From Desulfatiglandales bacterium (GTDB taxonomy: Bacteria > Desulfobacterota > DSM-4660 > Desulfatiglandales > Desulfatiglandaceae), in assembly GCA_963662465.1 (NCBI GenBank), contig OY759599.1, positions 7,360,001-7,424,000 of the forward strand: a DNA stretch of 64,000 bases. The letters are read 5' to 3'. A program made the translations under genes and the position numbers. Below are positions 49,493-60,008 of this stretch, piece by piece. A model generated the notes under the pieces. That model saw only the letters and a list, made by a program, of their open reading frames with translations, was not told where the DNA came from and did no database searches. Every line of letters starts with the position of its first letter. The stretch's first letter is position 1.

Positions 49493-51337
49493 ATGGCCAA
49501 ATTAGGACTTGTTGACATTTTTAAAAAGAGGACCCGACATCCTTTCAGACCCAGATCATCGGATGTGATCAACCGGTTATTCTCCGACTTCATGCCTTTT
49601 GGTTCGTATCGAAGCGATTCTCTGATTGCGGGTTCCTGCCAGTATGCCGACAAACTGCTCTATGTGGTGGCCCAACAGAAGCCCAAACCCGAAAATCTCA
49701 GAAGTGATGAGGACCTCAAAAAACTGAATTACGGCATGCTCACTTCCGATGATCACTCCGTTATTCTTTCCGTGCTGAGGGACGCCTGCAACCAGGATCT
49801 GAACAACACGTTTCTTTTTTCGATTATTGATACCTATGGCGCCGATATCTCCATGTATTCGGCCCAGCGATTCCAGGCTTTTTTTATTGCCCACCTGATT
49901 CGGGAATTTTTGACCATTCCCATCAGGACCATCTCTCTGATTCTTGGGGAAGGGGGCAGCGGCGGCGCCCTGGCAATCCAGGTAACCGACATTCGGGGTC
50001 AGATGGAGGATGCCTTGTATGCCACGGCCCCCCCCGAAAGTATGGCGTCTATTGTATTTAGAGACCCGGAACGAATTGAAGATGCCCTGGCCATATTGAA
50101 ACCGGGCGCTAAAGACCTCAAAAACCTGGGCGTCATCGATCGCATCGTACCCATATCCGAGGATGTCGCAGATGCCGCCGCCATGTCCGCCAATATCGAT
50201 CAATTTCTGACCAAGGCCATCAAGGATCTGTCGCGAAGTAAAGTTGAAAAGCTGATCAAAAGGCGGGAAATCAGGGCCAAGCAGTATGGCGTGTCCAAAG
50301 GAAGCGGAACGCTTTACGACATTAAACGTTATATTGAAACCCCCATCAAAAAAGCCTTTCGAAAACCTCCGCCAAACATTGAAATTGTCAATTATACCAG
50401 CCTTACGGAAGTGGGCGATGATTACGGCAATATTCAGCATGTGGCAACCAACAAAGCGTTGATCGAATGCGGCGCGGGCATGCAGGGGGATAAACGGCGA
50501 AAAGGCTGCGGCAAGCTGATTCCCCTTAAGGCGCTCCTGGACAACTTCAATGTGTGTCCGGAATGCGGTTTTTCCTACACCCTGGGGGCAAGCGGCTGGA
50601 TAGATTGCCTGGCCGATACGGGCAGCTTTCATGAACTCTACCGCAATTTAACCGTGGACCAACTCCTGGAAGATGCCGCTATCACGGATTATTACCGAGA
50701 CTTCCTGGCTAAACAGGAAGGGCATTCTCACTTCAACGAATCCCTGGTGGTGGGCAGCGCGCGGGTCAACCAGATGCGGACCGTCATGGCATTGAGTACC
50801 TTCTACTACTGCGGCGGTTCCATGGGGGTGGTATTCGGCGAGAAATTCAGAAGGGGTGTGGATTACGCCATCCAGAAAAGTCTTCCGTTTATCAGCCTGT
50901 GCTGCTCGGGCGGCGCAAGGCTTTATGAAGGGATATCGGCACTGATGCAGATGGTCAAAACCATTGAATCCATTAACCGCCTCAGGAAAAGCGGCCTGCC
51001 CTATATATCGATTCTTGCAGACCCTGCCACGGGGGGGGCCATTGCCAGCTATGCGGCCCTGGGAGACATCGTGATTGCCGAACCCGGCGCGTTGGTGATT
51101 TTTGCGGGACCCAGAGTGATGAAATCAAGCGGATTCGAGGTGGACGAAAGGCTGGTGAGAAGCCAGTCCCTGCATGAGATCTCGGGTGAAATTTATAAAA
51201 ACCTTGATTACTACCACAATATCAGGGGTATCCAGGAGATTTGCGAAAGGAAAAAGATGAAATTGTGCGTTTCCAAATACCTGGAATACTACTATCGAAG
51301 CGAATTCAGGGGAAAAAAGAAAGGGCGCAAGAATTAG
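49493..51337 (+). CDS. Fused carboxyltransferase: AccA(alpha)-like N-half + AccD(beta)-like C-half
   Basis: 'NYGM','IDTYGA','GEGGSGGALA' then Zn finger C..C..CPEC, 'GGSMG','SGGARLYEG..LMQM','DPATGG..ASYA.LGD..AEPGA..FAGPRV'. Confidence 0.88.
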   Translation: MAKLGLVDIFKKRTRHPFRPRSSDVINRLFSDFMPFGSYRSDSLIAGSCQYADKLLYVVAQQKPKPENLRSDEDLKKLNYGMLTSDDHSVILSVLRDACNQDLNNTFLFSIIDTYGADISMYSAQRFQAFFIAHLIREFLTIPIRTISLILGEGGSGGALAIQVTDIRGQMEDALYATAPPESMASIVFRDPERIEDALAILKPGAKDLKNLGVIDRIVPISEDVADAAAMSANIDQFLTKAIKDLSRSKVEKLIKRREIRAKQYGVSKGSGTLYDIKRYIETPIKKAFRKPPPNIEIVNYTSLTEVGDDYGNIQHVATNKALIECGAGMQGDKRRKGCGKLIPLKALLDNFNVCPECGFSYTLGASGWIDCLADTGSFHELYRNLTVDQLLEDAAITDYYRDFLAKQEGHSHFNESLVVGSARVNQMRTVMALSTFYYCGGSMGVVFGEKFRRGVDYAIQKSLPFISLCCSGGARLYEGISALMQMVKTIESINRLRKSGLPYISILADPATGGAIASYAALGDIVIAEPGALVIFAGPRVMKSSGFEVDERLVRSQSLHEISGEIYKNLDYYHNIRGIQEICERKKMKLCVSKYLEYYYRSEFRGKKKGRKN

Positions 51338-51370
51338 AGAATCTCCCGCACCCTTTGAACCCTGGTTTTG

Positions 51371-52306
51371 TTAACCGAGCCGCTTCATATCTTCAACCAG
51401 ACTCCGCACGGCATCGGCGGACCGATTAAGGGCTGCTGCTTCATCATCGGTCAGCTCGATTTCAATAATTTCTTCAGCGCCATTTGCCCCCAGCTTCACG
51501 GGAACGCCGATAAACAGATCCTTAATGCCGTACTCTCCGGTTAAATAGGCCGCACAGGGCAGAATTTTTTTCTTATCCTTGAGAATCGCCTCGGCCATTT
51601 CCACGACGGCGGAAGCCGGTGCATAGTAGGCGCTGCCGGTTTTGAGCAATCCCACGATTTCAGCGCCGCCGTTCCGTGTTCTCTCCACCAGCGCATCAAT
51701 CCTTTCGGCCGACATCAACTGGGTGATGGGGATGCCGGCAACGCTTGAAAAACGGGGTAAGGGAACCATGCTATCGCCATGTCCCCCCATCACGAAAGCA
51801 TGGGTATTCTCAACGGAAACGTTTAACTCCATGGCGATGAACGCCCGAAAACGGGCGGAATCCAGAACCCCCGCCATGCCCAGAACCCTGTTCTTGGGAA
51901 ATCCGCTGGCATTGTAGGCCGCGTGGCACATGGCATCCAGGGGATTGCTCACGATGATCAACACCGCATTGGGGGCAACGGCCGCAATACCTCGGGTAAC
52001 CGTGTTCATGATGCCCATATTCGTGGCTAGGAGGTCATCCCGGCTCATGCCCGGCTTTCTCGGAATCCCTGCTGTAATAATGACGATATCGGAATCTTTT
52101 GCCTGTGTATAGTCGTTTGTTGCACCGATGATGTTTGCGTCATGCTTTTCAATGGGCGCGGCCTCCATCAAGTCCAGGGCCTTTCCAGCCGACATCCCAT
52201 CGAGGACGTCGATTAGCACCACATTTGCCAATTCCTTTTCAGCAAGACGCATTGCTACTGTAGCGCCGACATGTCCCGCCCCGATGACCGTTGCTTTCTT
52301 CGTCAT
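51371..52306 (-). CDS. mdh: Malate dehydrogenase (LDH-like)
   Basis: 'IGAGHVG','[15 protein letters not shown]','VSNPLD','LDSARF','GGHGD','GSAYYAPA'; ATG after AAGGAG. Confidence 0.96.
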   Translation of the reverse strand: MTKKATVIGAGHVGATVAMRLAEKELANVVLIDVLDGMSAGKALDLMEAAPIEKHDANIIGATNDYTQAKDSDIVIITAGIPRKPGMSRDDLLATNMGIMNTVTRGIAAVAPNAVLIIVSNPLDAMCHAAYNASGFPKNRVLGMAGVLDSARFRAFIAMELNVSVENTHAFVMGGHGDSMVPLPRFSSVAGIPITQLMSAERIDALVERTRNGGAEIVGLLKTGSAYYAPASAVVEMAEAILKDKKKILPCAAYLTGEYGIKDLFIGVPVKLGANGAEEIIEIELTDDEAAALNRSADAVRSLVEDMKRLG

Positions 52307-52375
52307 TTTGTTGCTCCTTTCCTTAATGGATTCATGAGCTTTCCCATTGTGCTGCCTGAGCGCTCTACATGACGA

Positions 52376-52404
52376 ATTATAGGGAAGATGAAATGGGGGG
52401 TCAA
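52376..52404 (-). promoter_or_regulatory. Sigma-70 promoter of mdh
   Basis: Minus strand TTGACC-17 nt-TATAAT. Confidence 0.7.
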
Positions 52405-52473
52405 GGAAGAAAGCATTGACATGACGTCCGCCTTTATGTACCGACAAATACACATTAACTGAACATAGGGTGA

Positions 52474-52506
52474 GTGGTCCGGAATCACTTTGTGATCTCG
52501 GACCAC
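52474..52506 (-). terminator. Stem-loop downstream of degP/degQ
   Basis: gtggtccg-gaatcac-ttt-gtgatct-cggaccac inverted repeat; no clear U-tract. Confidence 0.45.
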
Positions 52507-52524
52507 GGCGCTCGGGTAAAAGCC

Positions 52525-53994
52525 TTATTTGGTCAGTGTAACGGCGATGAAACCTTTGTTGCTTCTCAGGATATAAAGGGAAATGGTTTCTCCTTCCTTG
52601 AATTTATCCAACCTTTTCAAATACTGGTCCACGTTTTCCACTTCATGGTGATTGATTTCTTTAATGAGGTCGCCCGGCAGAACGCCTGCTTCCTCTCCTT
52701 TGCTGTCCGGTTCCACGCCCACCACCATGACGCCTTTTTCATCCTGGAGCCTGAACTGGGAAATGATTTCCGGGGTCAGGTTGGATACGCCAATGCCCAG
52801 CGGGTTCGTTTTTTGAATTTCGGAACTTTGGGCGGTCGTCATGTTGTCCGGCCTTTTTCCCAGCCCGATGGTGAACTTCTTTTTAGCGCCGTTTCGCAGC
52901 ACCAGAAGTTGTGTTTCCTGGCCCACCGGGGATTCTGCGATGGTGCGGCTCAGTTCCCGACTGCTGTCAACTTCCTTGCCGTTGACTTCCAATATGATGT
53001 CTTTGGCGTGAATGCCGGCTTTTTCCGCCGGATCGCCTGGGAAAACCTTGGTCACCAGGACGCCCTCATCCCCCTTGACGCCATAATAGGTCTTCAGCTC
53101 CTCCGTGAGGTCCTGAATGCCGATGCCCAGCCAGCCCCGGGTGACTTCACCTTTGCTCTGCAATTGCTCGATGATCCCCTTGGCCATGTTGACGGGAATG
53201 GCAAAGCCGATGCCCTGGCCCCCGGCGATAATGGCGGTATTAATGCCCACAACCTTTCCCGACATGTCAATGAGGGGACCGCCGCTGTTGCCCGGGTTGA
53301 TGGAGGCATCGGTTTGGATGAAGTCATCATAGGGCCCCGAACCGATCACCCGGCCTTTGGCGCTGATGATGCCCACGGTGACCGTATGTTCCAGGCCAAA
53401 GGGGTTCCCGATGGCCATGACCCATTCCCCCACCTTGACATGGTCCGAATCACCGAACTGGATGGTGGGCAATTTGCCGTCGGATTTGATTTTGATGAGG
53501 GCCAAATCCGTGTTGGGATCCCGCCCCTTGACTTCCGCATCGAACTCCCGATTGTCTTTTAGGATCACCTTGATTTTGTCCGCATCCTCCACCACGTGGT
53601 TGTTGGTGACGATGAAGCCGGACTGGTCAATAATAAAACCTGAGCCGAGGCTTCGCTGTTTGAATCCCTGGTTGGGGCGTCCTCCAAAAAATTTCTCAAA
53701 AAAATCGCGAAAGGGATCATCTTTGTCAAATGGCCCGCCCTTGAAATGGGGCGCCATTTCCGTGTGCCGTTTGCCGTTTTTTTCCGAACGAATATTGACT
53801 ACGGCCGGGCTGTATTTTTCGGCCAGTTCCGTAAAGCTTTGAGGCGCCCACTGTACATGCCCCTCCTTCTGGGACGAGGCATGGGCGGCTGGAATTGATC
53901 CGACCGACAAGATGACAAAGGCGGCCATCAGAAAGATCGGAGCCAATGCCGCTGTTTCGAATGAAAGCGTTTTTTTTCCTGTACAAATTTTCAT
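52525..53994 (-). CDS. degP: DegP/DegQ (HtrA) periplasmic serine protease with two PDZ domains
   Basis: 'GSGFII','TNNHVV','DLAL','[15 protein letters not shown]'. Confidence 0.94.
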   Translation of the reverse strand: MKICTGKKTLSFETAALAPIFLMAAFVILSVGSIPAAHASSQKEGHVQWAPQSFTELAEKYSPAVVNIRSEKNGKRHTEMAPHFKGGPFDKDDPFRDFFEKFFGGRPNQGFKQRSLGSGFIIDQSGFIVTNNHVVEDADKIKVILKDNREFDAEVKGRDPNTDLALIKIKSDGKLPTIQFGDSDHVKVGEWVMAIGNPFGLEHTVTVGIISAKGRVIGSGPYDDFIQTDASINPGNSGGPLIDMSGKVVGINTAIIAGGQGIGFAIPVNMAKGIIEQLQSKGEVTRGWLGIGIQDLTEELKTYYGVKGDEGVLVTKVFPGDPAEKAGIHAKDIILEVNGKEVDSSRELSRTIAESPVGQETQLLVLRNGAKKKFTIGLGKRPDNMTTAQSSEIQKTNPLGIGVSNLTPEIISQFRLQDEKGVMVVGVEPDSKGEEAGVLPGDLIKEINHHEVENVDQYLKRLDKFKEGETISLYILRSNKGFIAVTLTK

Positions 53995-54007
53995 GGTTTT
54001 CTCCTGT

Positions 54008-54889
54008 TTAGGTTTTGTTCATTTTAGATTCTCCGCCATCCTCATGAACCTTTCGAATGGTGGCTTGCGTTAAAGATGTTTGGTTTTGATGATTGCCGTT
54101 GAAGGGCAGGATCGCTTTTACCTCGCTTTCAGCGATCCATCCGGATTTTCCGTTCGCTTCTTTGACAAAGACATATCCTGCGTAGGTGTTGGCCAGTTGA
54201 ACCACTTTTCCGTTTTTGATGAGGCCTGAATCATTGGCCGAATCAAATGGGGAGACCCGGAGTCGCGCATTTTTACCGGTAATGACCCCCCTGTCCAGGG
54301 TCTGGTATTGTACCGCAATGCCGGCGCCGGCCGTTAGAAAAGAGAGGAAACAGATGGAAACCATCATTTTTGATGCAGCCCCTCGAAAAATGCCCGGGCG
54401 CATTCCATGAAGGAGGCACATCAGTGAAAAAGCGCAGAGGGCGATAAAGGCCATCCATGCCCATCCATTCAGGGTCATGCGATTGAAAAAAACTTTCCAG
54501 GACGTTTGGGAGGGCATTATCAGACCGGCGTTTTTTTCGGCCAGTGCCAGATTGGCGCTGATATCGGCATTTCCCGGGTCCAGATAAAGCGCTCGTTCGT
54601 AGTTTAAAATAGATTGGCCAAACTCTTTTTTCATATAATAGGCGTTGCCCAGGTTGTACAAGAGGGACGGCGCGTATCCGTCCCGATCCATGATGGCGTT
54701 ATAGTGTAAAATGGCCTGATCGTAGTCTCCCTTTGCATAGGCCTGATTGCCAAGAATAAAAAGATCCCGGCCCGTATCCGTCTCATCTCCGGCAGGAGCA
54801 TTCCGTGCTTGTGCAAACAACACCATCATGCCCAAAGCCAGGGAAAAAATCAAGATGCTACATCGTTTCCTGTTATGAAATGTTCTCAT
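54008..54889 (-). CDS. batE: BatE-like TPR + SH3 protein
   Basis: Signal peptide, TPR 'YNLGNAYY..NYERAL', two TM segments, SH3-like 'GKSGWI'; operon context. Confidence 0.82.
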   Translation of the reverse strand: MRTFHNRKRCSILIFSLALGMMVLFAQARNAPAGDETDTGRDLFILGNQAYAKGDYDQAILHYNAIMDRDGYAPSLLYNLGNAYYMKKEFGQSILNYERALYLDPGNADISANLALAEKNAGLIMPSQTSWKVFFNRMTLNGWAWMAFIALCAFSLMCLLHGMRPGIFRGAASKMMVSICFLSFLTAGAGIAVQYQTLDRGVITGKNARLRVSPFDSANDSGLIKNGKVVQLANTYAGYVFVKEANGKSGWIAESEVKAILPFNGNHQNQTSLTQATIRKVHEDGGESKMNKT

Positions 54890-54892
54890 TTT

Positions 54893-56917
54893 TTATCTCC
54901 CTGAACATGGATTGCCTAAACCCTGGTTGCGAGATGATGGTCTGCTGTTATCCAGATCCTTCAGGGCGCGTATGACCAGGTCTCGAAATTTTTGAAGTTC
55001 TTCCGGTCTGAAGGACTGGCCTGAGTAAGCTGCGGCGTCGGCCTTTTCAAAAACGCTTGCCATGTCTTCCCCGTTTCCGCCCAGTCGCTCTTTGATCTCC
55101 GCCAGGGTAATGCTTTCGGGGGTCTGTCCCCAAATATCCCCCAGCCGCTCCTGAGAGGCCGCTCGGCAGGCATTGAAAAATTCGGGTACGTCGTGGGCTG
55201 TGATGGCCCGGTCCATTTTTTTGATGGATTGACTGACTTTCTGTTTGACCTGTTTTTTGCGTATAAGACCCGGGTCGTTTAATCGTTTTTTCTGTCGTCG
55301 GCTGAAAAAGAACCCCAGGAACATGGCCCCCAGGGGAAACCCCTGAGCCCCTAAAAACCAGGGGTTTTCAATCAGCGGTCGCAGACTTTTCACCGTAGGG
55401 CCCATGGCCACATGAATGGGCGCTAGATGGCTGCCGGCGGGATTGTTCCCTCCGGTCACGACGGATTTTCCGGACTCGGGCGGTTTTGTTTCAGTTTTGG
55501 CCGAAGTTGGCGTTTCATCCGCTCTTTGCCCCGGGATCAGGGTCAGGGGAATCGGTTCGGTTTGCAGGGTAACGTATTTTTCCTGATCCGTATCAAAATA
55601 GGAGAAAGTGGCGCCTGGAATGGATTTAATGGCTTCATTCATGGGGATGATGGCCTGTTCAAAAGACTTCTCCCCACTGTAGCCTGCGCTGTTTTGGGGT
55701 TTGAAGGATGTCGCGGGCCTGTAGGTTTTCCATTTGCTGGAAACATTCAGCACAGGCGTTGAGACACGGTCGAAATTTCCGGAACCCTTGATGGTCATTT
55801 TGACGGTAATGGGGTCTCCCACCATGGCCCTGTCAGGGGTTGCCGAGGCGGAGAGTTTAAATTGGCCCACGGCGCCGGCAAAGTCTTTCGGTCGATCCAT
55901 TTTCGGCAGGGGCAGAACGCGGATTTTGAGCCTCGGATTGTTCAGTTTAACCGCTTCTTCCCGAATATTTTTAAAAAACCCATTAAAGAAATCATCATCG
56001 AACAGTCCTCGGCCAAAGGGAAACCCGCGGCGGGATTGTTCAGGGATGCCCAATACGGCATCCAGTGTGGCCGAAACTTCGTGTTCGCCCTCTTTGACGG
56101 CGCTCATGGCCGTATACCAGGTCAGCACATTGTAAGGAATGCCGTTTAAGATTTCTTCCGTTTGTTGGGGTTTTTCCTTCAATTCCCGGCAGGCGAAAGC
56201 ACCCCCCGCAAAGGTCGGAAGTGACCGGAGTGTGGCCTGGATGCCCTGGTGAAAATAGGCTTTGATTTCCATTGGGAGCAGTTCTCCTACATATGCCTTG
56301 CTATCCCTGGGAAGAACCCTCAAAAACGCGGGTTTCCCTTCCTCCCATGACATGAGTTGTCCGGTTTGGGTTTTGGCTTGATTTAAAACCCGTGGTTGTG
56401 AGTTTGGCGGGGATGAGGGCAGGGCGCCGCCTCTTGAATGACGGGTTACCCTCAGGGTGACCGCTTCGGATTTCAGGATGCGGCCATCAATGTCCGCTTG
56501 GATCGGAGGGATTACAAACTCTCCCGTGTGTTCCGCCTGGACCTGAAACAGGTAGCTCGTGGTGGCGGAAACACGACCGTTAATGGATTGGTATTGACTG
56601 CTGCGGCCCATGGAATAGAATCTGAGCCCGTCCACGGCGCTAAGAGCTGGAGGGGCGGCCTGCTCCCCTGAAACCTGAACCACCAGGACGGCGGCCTCGC
56701 CCAATTGAATGTCTCCGGGTTGAATGGCGGCTGAGACCGAGCCGCGATCAACGTCCCCGGCGTTGTTGTTTGTGCCGCGGCTGCCCCAACCCGCCTGGCT
56801 GCCGGTGGAAAAGAAAACCAGTGCCCCGACCGCCAGGAGGAGAATGGCCCCGGCCATGGCCATTCTCCGCGGGGTGATGGCGCGTGTTCCGACGGTTCCC
56901 TTGAGGTGTTTCATCAC
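54893..56917 (-). CDS. batD: BatD-family protein
   Basis: 'QSING','AYVGE','GAVGQF', C-terminal TM; operon context. Confidence 0.88.
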   Translation of the reverse strand: MMKHLKGTVGTRAITPRRMAMAGAILLLAVGALVFFSTGSQAGWGSRGTNNNAGDVDRGSVSAAIQPGDIQLGEAAVLVVQVSGEQAAPPALSAVDGLRFYSMGRSSQYQSINGRVSATTSYLFQVQAEHTGEFVIPPIQADIDGRILKSEAVTLRVTRHSRGGALPSSPPNSQPRVLNQAKTQTGQLMSWEEGKPAFLRVLPRDSKAYVGELLPMEIKAYFHQGIQATLRSLPTFAGGAFACRELKEKPQQTEEILNGIPYNVLTWYTAMSAVKEGEHEVSATLDAVLGIPEQSRRGFPFGRGLFDDDFFNGFFKNIREEAVKLNNPRLKIRVLPLPKMDRPKDFAGAVGQFKLSASATPDRAMVGDPITVKMTIKGSGNFDRVSTPVLNVSSKWKTYRPATSFKPQNSAGYSGEKSFEQAIIPMNEAIKSIPGATFSYFDTDQEKYVTLQTEPIPLTLIPGQRADETPTSAKTETKPPESGKSVVTGGNNPAGSHLAPIHVAMGPTVKSLRPLIENPWFLGAQGFPLGAMFLGFFFSRRQKKRLNDPGLIRKKQVKQKVSQSIKKMDRAITAHDVPEFFNACRAASQERLGDIWGQTPESITLAEIKERLGGNGEDMASVFEKADAAAYSGQSFRPEELQKFRDLVIRALKDLDNSRPSSRNQGLGNPCSGR

Positions 56918-58929
56918 CAGTCCCTCCTTTTCCGATCCTGGGGCTTGCCGCCTATTCCCATGTTCTGAGCCGTCATGGGCATGGCTTTTTCATCGCCCTT
57001 GAGAGAATCCAGCAGGTTTTGAGCCTGTTCTTCGGTCATCCGGCCCGGCCTTCGACGTTCAGGGGCCCGGGCGGTCCGGGTTTGACCCGGATCTTGTGAA
57101 GGCTTCACCTCATCCTTTTTGGCCGAGCTATTTCCTGCCTTTTCACGATCCGCTGTATCTTTTTCACTCTTTTCGGGGTCCGTCTTTGCCTGAGCGTTCT
57201 GACTGTCTTTGGCTTGCTCATCTTTCTTTTTATCCCCTCTTGGTTCGGCTTCTTTCTGATTCCGGGCTGATTTTTGGTCTTGATCACCGTTGTTCGTATC
57301 CTGGTTTTTGGCCTGTGGGTTGCCGTTATTGTTCTTGTCCTGATTATCCTTTTTTGGATCCTTTTTATCTTTATTGTTGCATTTGTTGCAGTCCTTCTGT
57401 TGTTGGTCTTTTTTCAGGGCTTCCAGGCGTTTCTTCACAAATTCCCGGTTAAATGCTGCGTCCGGGTCATCGGGCTTCAGTTTCAGGGCGTTGTCGTAGG
57501 CTTGAATGGAAGCTTGCCAATTTTTTATGGTTTCCTGGGGATTCTGTTTTTCGCATCCCTCTCCCTGCCGGTAGAGGGTGTTTCCCATGTTGTAGTAGGA
57601 TTGGTTCTGCATCGCGATATCCTGAATGCTCAGGGCCTTCTCAAATGCAGCCAACGCTTCCGGATATTGCTTGCCCTTGTAGGCGGCGGCGCCCAGGTTA
57701 AATTGCAGTTGGGGATCTTTCGGGGCTTTTTGGGCTTCGGATCGATATCCTTCAACCGCCAGATCGTAATTTCCCGTCTTATAGGCCGCTTCGGCATTTC
57801 CCGGTGAGGCATGGGCGCTCCGGTATCCCAGAAGGACGATGCTCAGCAGGACCAGCACGGTAGAGACAAGGCATGCCTTGTCTCTACGAATGCGCCGGTA
57901 GGCGGTTTTGATCATCGGAATTTTTTTGCGGCTGCTTTTGCGGTCTGAAATAGCAAACTCCAATAGCAACATGATCAGCGCAAACATGATGGGCCACTGG
58001 AATCTTTCAATGGGGACCCGCTGCATTCTTTCGGCCAGTTCCTGTTTGGGCACCAGACTAAGTTTTTCCCGGTAGATGGCTTCCAGTCCTTCGGCCTGTT
58101 GTCCCAGGGGTTCGTACCTGCCTCCGGTGGCCTCGGCGATTTTTTGAAGCATGGTTTCATCCAGGCGGGATTTCACGACCTGGCCCTTTTCATCCTTTAC
58201 AAAGGCGCCGCCATTTTTACCGGATGCAAGCGGAATCAACTCGCCTGAGGGGGTTCCCACGCCCACGGTGTAAATGGTCAATCCCCTTTCAGCCGCTTTT
58301 GCGGCAGCCGCAAGGGCTTGCCCTTCCAGATCCTCACCGTCGGTAACCAGGACCAGGATCTTATGGTTGGCGTTGTTGGAAAACGCAAATTCCGCTTCCC
58401 GAATGGCACCGGCCAGATCCGTTCCCCCCTGGGGAATAATTTCCGTATCCAGGGCGTCCAGGGAGTTTCGGAAAGCGTCATAGTCGAGGGTCAACGGGCA
58501 CATGAGAAAAGCGGCGCCGGCAAATGGCAGGAGCCCCACCCGGTCTCCTTCCAGTTTGGAAACAAAATCCATGATCCCGAATTTACTCCGTTCCAGGCGA
58601 TTGGGTTTTACGTCCTGTGCCAGCATGCTTTTGGAGGTGTCCACTGCCATCAGGATATCGATCCCCTTTCGCTTGACCTCTTTCCACTGAAAGCCCATTT
58701 GCGGGCGGGCCAGGGCCACAAAAACAGCGGCCACAGCCAACACCAGGATCACCCGTTTGAGCATCCGTTTCCGGGGGGAAATCCCCTGAGTGAGTTTTTC
58801 CAAAAGGCGACCGGAAGCGAATTCCTGTAACGCCGCGCGGCTTTTTTTCTGAAAATGGTAAAAACTCAAAGTCAGGATTCCGCAGGCCGCTACTCCTGCC
58901 AACAACCAGATGGAATGTGCAAATTGCAT
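56914..58929 (-). CDS. batB: BatB-BatC fusion (VWA + TPR + Q/K/D-rich tail)
   Basis: 'ALARPQ', MIDAS 'DTSKS','PNRLERSK','TDGED', TPRs, terminal 'RRDW'; ATG after AAGGA. Confidence 0.88.
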   Translation of the reverse strand: MQFAHSIWLLAGVAACGILTLSFYHFQKKSRAALQEFASGRLLEKLTQGISPRKRMLKRVILVLAVAAVFVALARPQMGFQWKEVKRKGIDILMAVDTSKSMLAQDVKPNRLERSKFGIMDFVSKLEGDRVGLLPFAGAAFLMCPLTLDYDAFRNSLDALDTEIIPQGGTDLAGAIREAEFAFSNNANHKILVLVTDGEDLEGQALAAAAKAAERGLTIYTVGVGTPSGELIPLASGKNGGAFVKDEKGQVVKSRLDETMLQKIAEATGGRYEPLGQQAEGLEAIYREKLSLVPKQELAERMQRVPIERFQWPIMFALIMLLLEFAISDRKSSRKKIPMIKTAYRRIRRDKACLVSTVLVLLSIVLLGYRSAHASPGNAEAAYKTGNYDLAVEGYRSEAQKAPKDPQLQFNLGAAAYKGKQYPEALAAFEKALSIQDIAMQNQSYYNMGNTLYRQGEGCEKQNPQETIKNWQASIQAYDNALKLKPDDPDAAFNREFVKKRLEALKKDQQQKDCNKCNNKDKKDPKKDNQDKNNNGNPQAKNQDTNNGDQDQKSARNQKEAEPRGDKKKDEQAKDSQNAQAKTDPEKSEKDTADREKAGNSSAKKDEVKPSQDPGQTRTARAPERRRPGRMTEEQAQNLLDSLKGDEKAMPMTAQNMGIGGKPQDRKRRDW

Positions 58930-58948
58930 GGTGTTATTTCCTTTCTTT

Positions 58949-59000
58949 AGTGAAGAGTGAAGAGACTTTTCACTATTCACTTTTCACTATTCACTTTTCA
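58949..59000. repeat. Heptamer repeats (agtgaag x2, then t(a/t)ttcac x~5) in inverted arrangement
   Basis: agtgaagagtgaagag...ttttcactattcacttttcactattcacttttca between batA and batB. Confidence 0.85.
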
Positions 59001-59009
59001 AGTGAGATC

Positions 59010-60008
59010 TCAGGGTAATCGCCGAAAACGGGTCTGGTTTAGCGTCAACTCGATGCCCATGAGCAAAAGCGCCCCCAGAGCGGCCCATAGAAACATCTCG
59101 TTCGAGTGCTCAAATTTCTTGATTTTGCGGGTGGTGGTTTCCAGTTTGTTGATTTCACTGTATATATTTTCCAGTGAGTCGGTGTCTGTGGCGCGGTAAT
59201 ACTGAGCGCCCGTCATTTGCGCCATCTGTTTGAGGGTGTCCTCATCAATATCCACTTTTGCGCGCACGATTTTTTTATTGCCGAATTGGTCGGTAATGGG
59301 AACAGGCACTTCCCCGCGGGAACCGGCGCCGATGGTGTAGATCTTGATGCCCAGGGTTTCCGCTGCCTCTGCCGCGGTAACGGGGAGTATTTTTCCCGCA
59401 TTGTTCATGCCGTCGGTGAGCAGAATGACAATTCTCGATTTGGCTTTCTGGTCCCTCAGCCGATTGATGCCGGCGCCAAGGGCCGAACCGATGGCTGTGC
59501 CGTCTTCCACCATGCCGGGGTGAATGGTGTTGAGGCGCTTTTGAAGCCATTGGTGATCCAGGGTGAGAGGACTGACCATGTAGGGCCGTCCGGCGAATGC
59601 CACCAGACCGATGCGATCGTTGGGCCGTTCGTCTATGAATCTGGATACCACTTTCTTGACCACCTCCACACGGTTGGCCGGTTCGTTGTTAATGGTAAAA
59701 TCCAGGGCTTCCATTGATCCTGAGACGTCCACGGCCAGGATGATGTCAATGCCGTCGGCATCTACTTCCGACGTGCCATGCACCATCTGTGGGCGGGCCA
59801 GTGCCACCACCAACGCTCCCAGGGCTAAAATGCGCAAGGTAGACAGCCACCTTCCGGCTCGGGATTTCCTGGGGCCTGCGATTTCCCTGGCCGTTTGGGC
59901 CGATGAGTACCGTATGGCCCCCGTTGCTCCCCGTCGGCCCCTTAAAAAGGCCAGGAGTGGCAGCAGGGCCAGTAACCACAAAACTTCCGGATGGTTGAAG
60001 TGAAACAT
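59010..60008 (-). CDS. batA: BatA VWA-domain protein
   Basis: 'ALARPQ','DVSGSM','DRIGLVAF','PLTLD','GTAIG','LLTDGMNNAG'. Confidence 0.92.
   Translation of the reverse strand: MFHFNHPEVLWLLALLPLLAFLRGRRGATGAIRYSSAQTAREIAGPRKSRAGRWLSTLRILALGALVVALARPQMVHGTSEVDADGIDIILAVDVSGSMEALDFTINNEPANRVEVVKKVVSRFIDERPNDRIGLVAFAGRPYMVSPLTLDHQWLQKRLNTIHPGMVEDGTAIGSALGAGINRLRDQKAKSRIVILLTDGMNNAGKILPVTAAEAAETLGIKIYTIGAGSRGEVPVPITDQFGNKKIVRAKVDIDEDTLKQMAQMTGAQYYRATDTDSLENIYSEINKLETTTRKIKKFEHSNEMFLWAALGALLLMGIELTLNQTRFRRLP

Noticed and set aside
49577..50632. 351-aa minus-strand ORF
   Set aside because: Antisense shadow of the carboxyltransferase gene; no recognisable motifs.
52307..52453. N-terminal extension of mdh in the ORF track (similar extensions at 48569, 58980 and 23700)
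   Set aside because: Downstream starts have better RBSs and match family N-termini; the extensions overlap promoters, repeats or upstream genes.
52474..53562. 362-aa plus-strand ORF
   Set aside because: Antisense shadow of degP/degQ, typical of GC-rich coding regions.
57060..57420. Low-complexity Q/K/D/N-rich stretch
   Set aside because: Ordinary BatC-type linker, not a separate repeat element.
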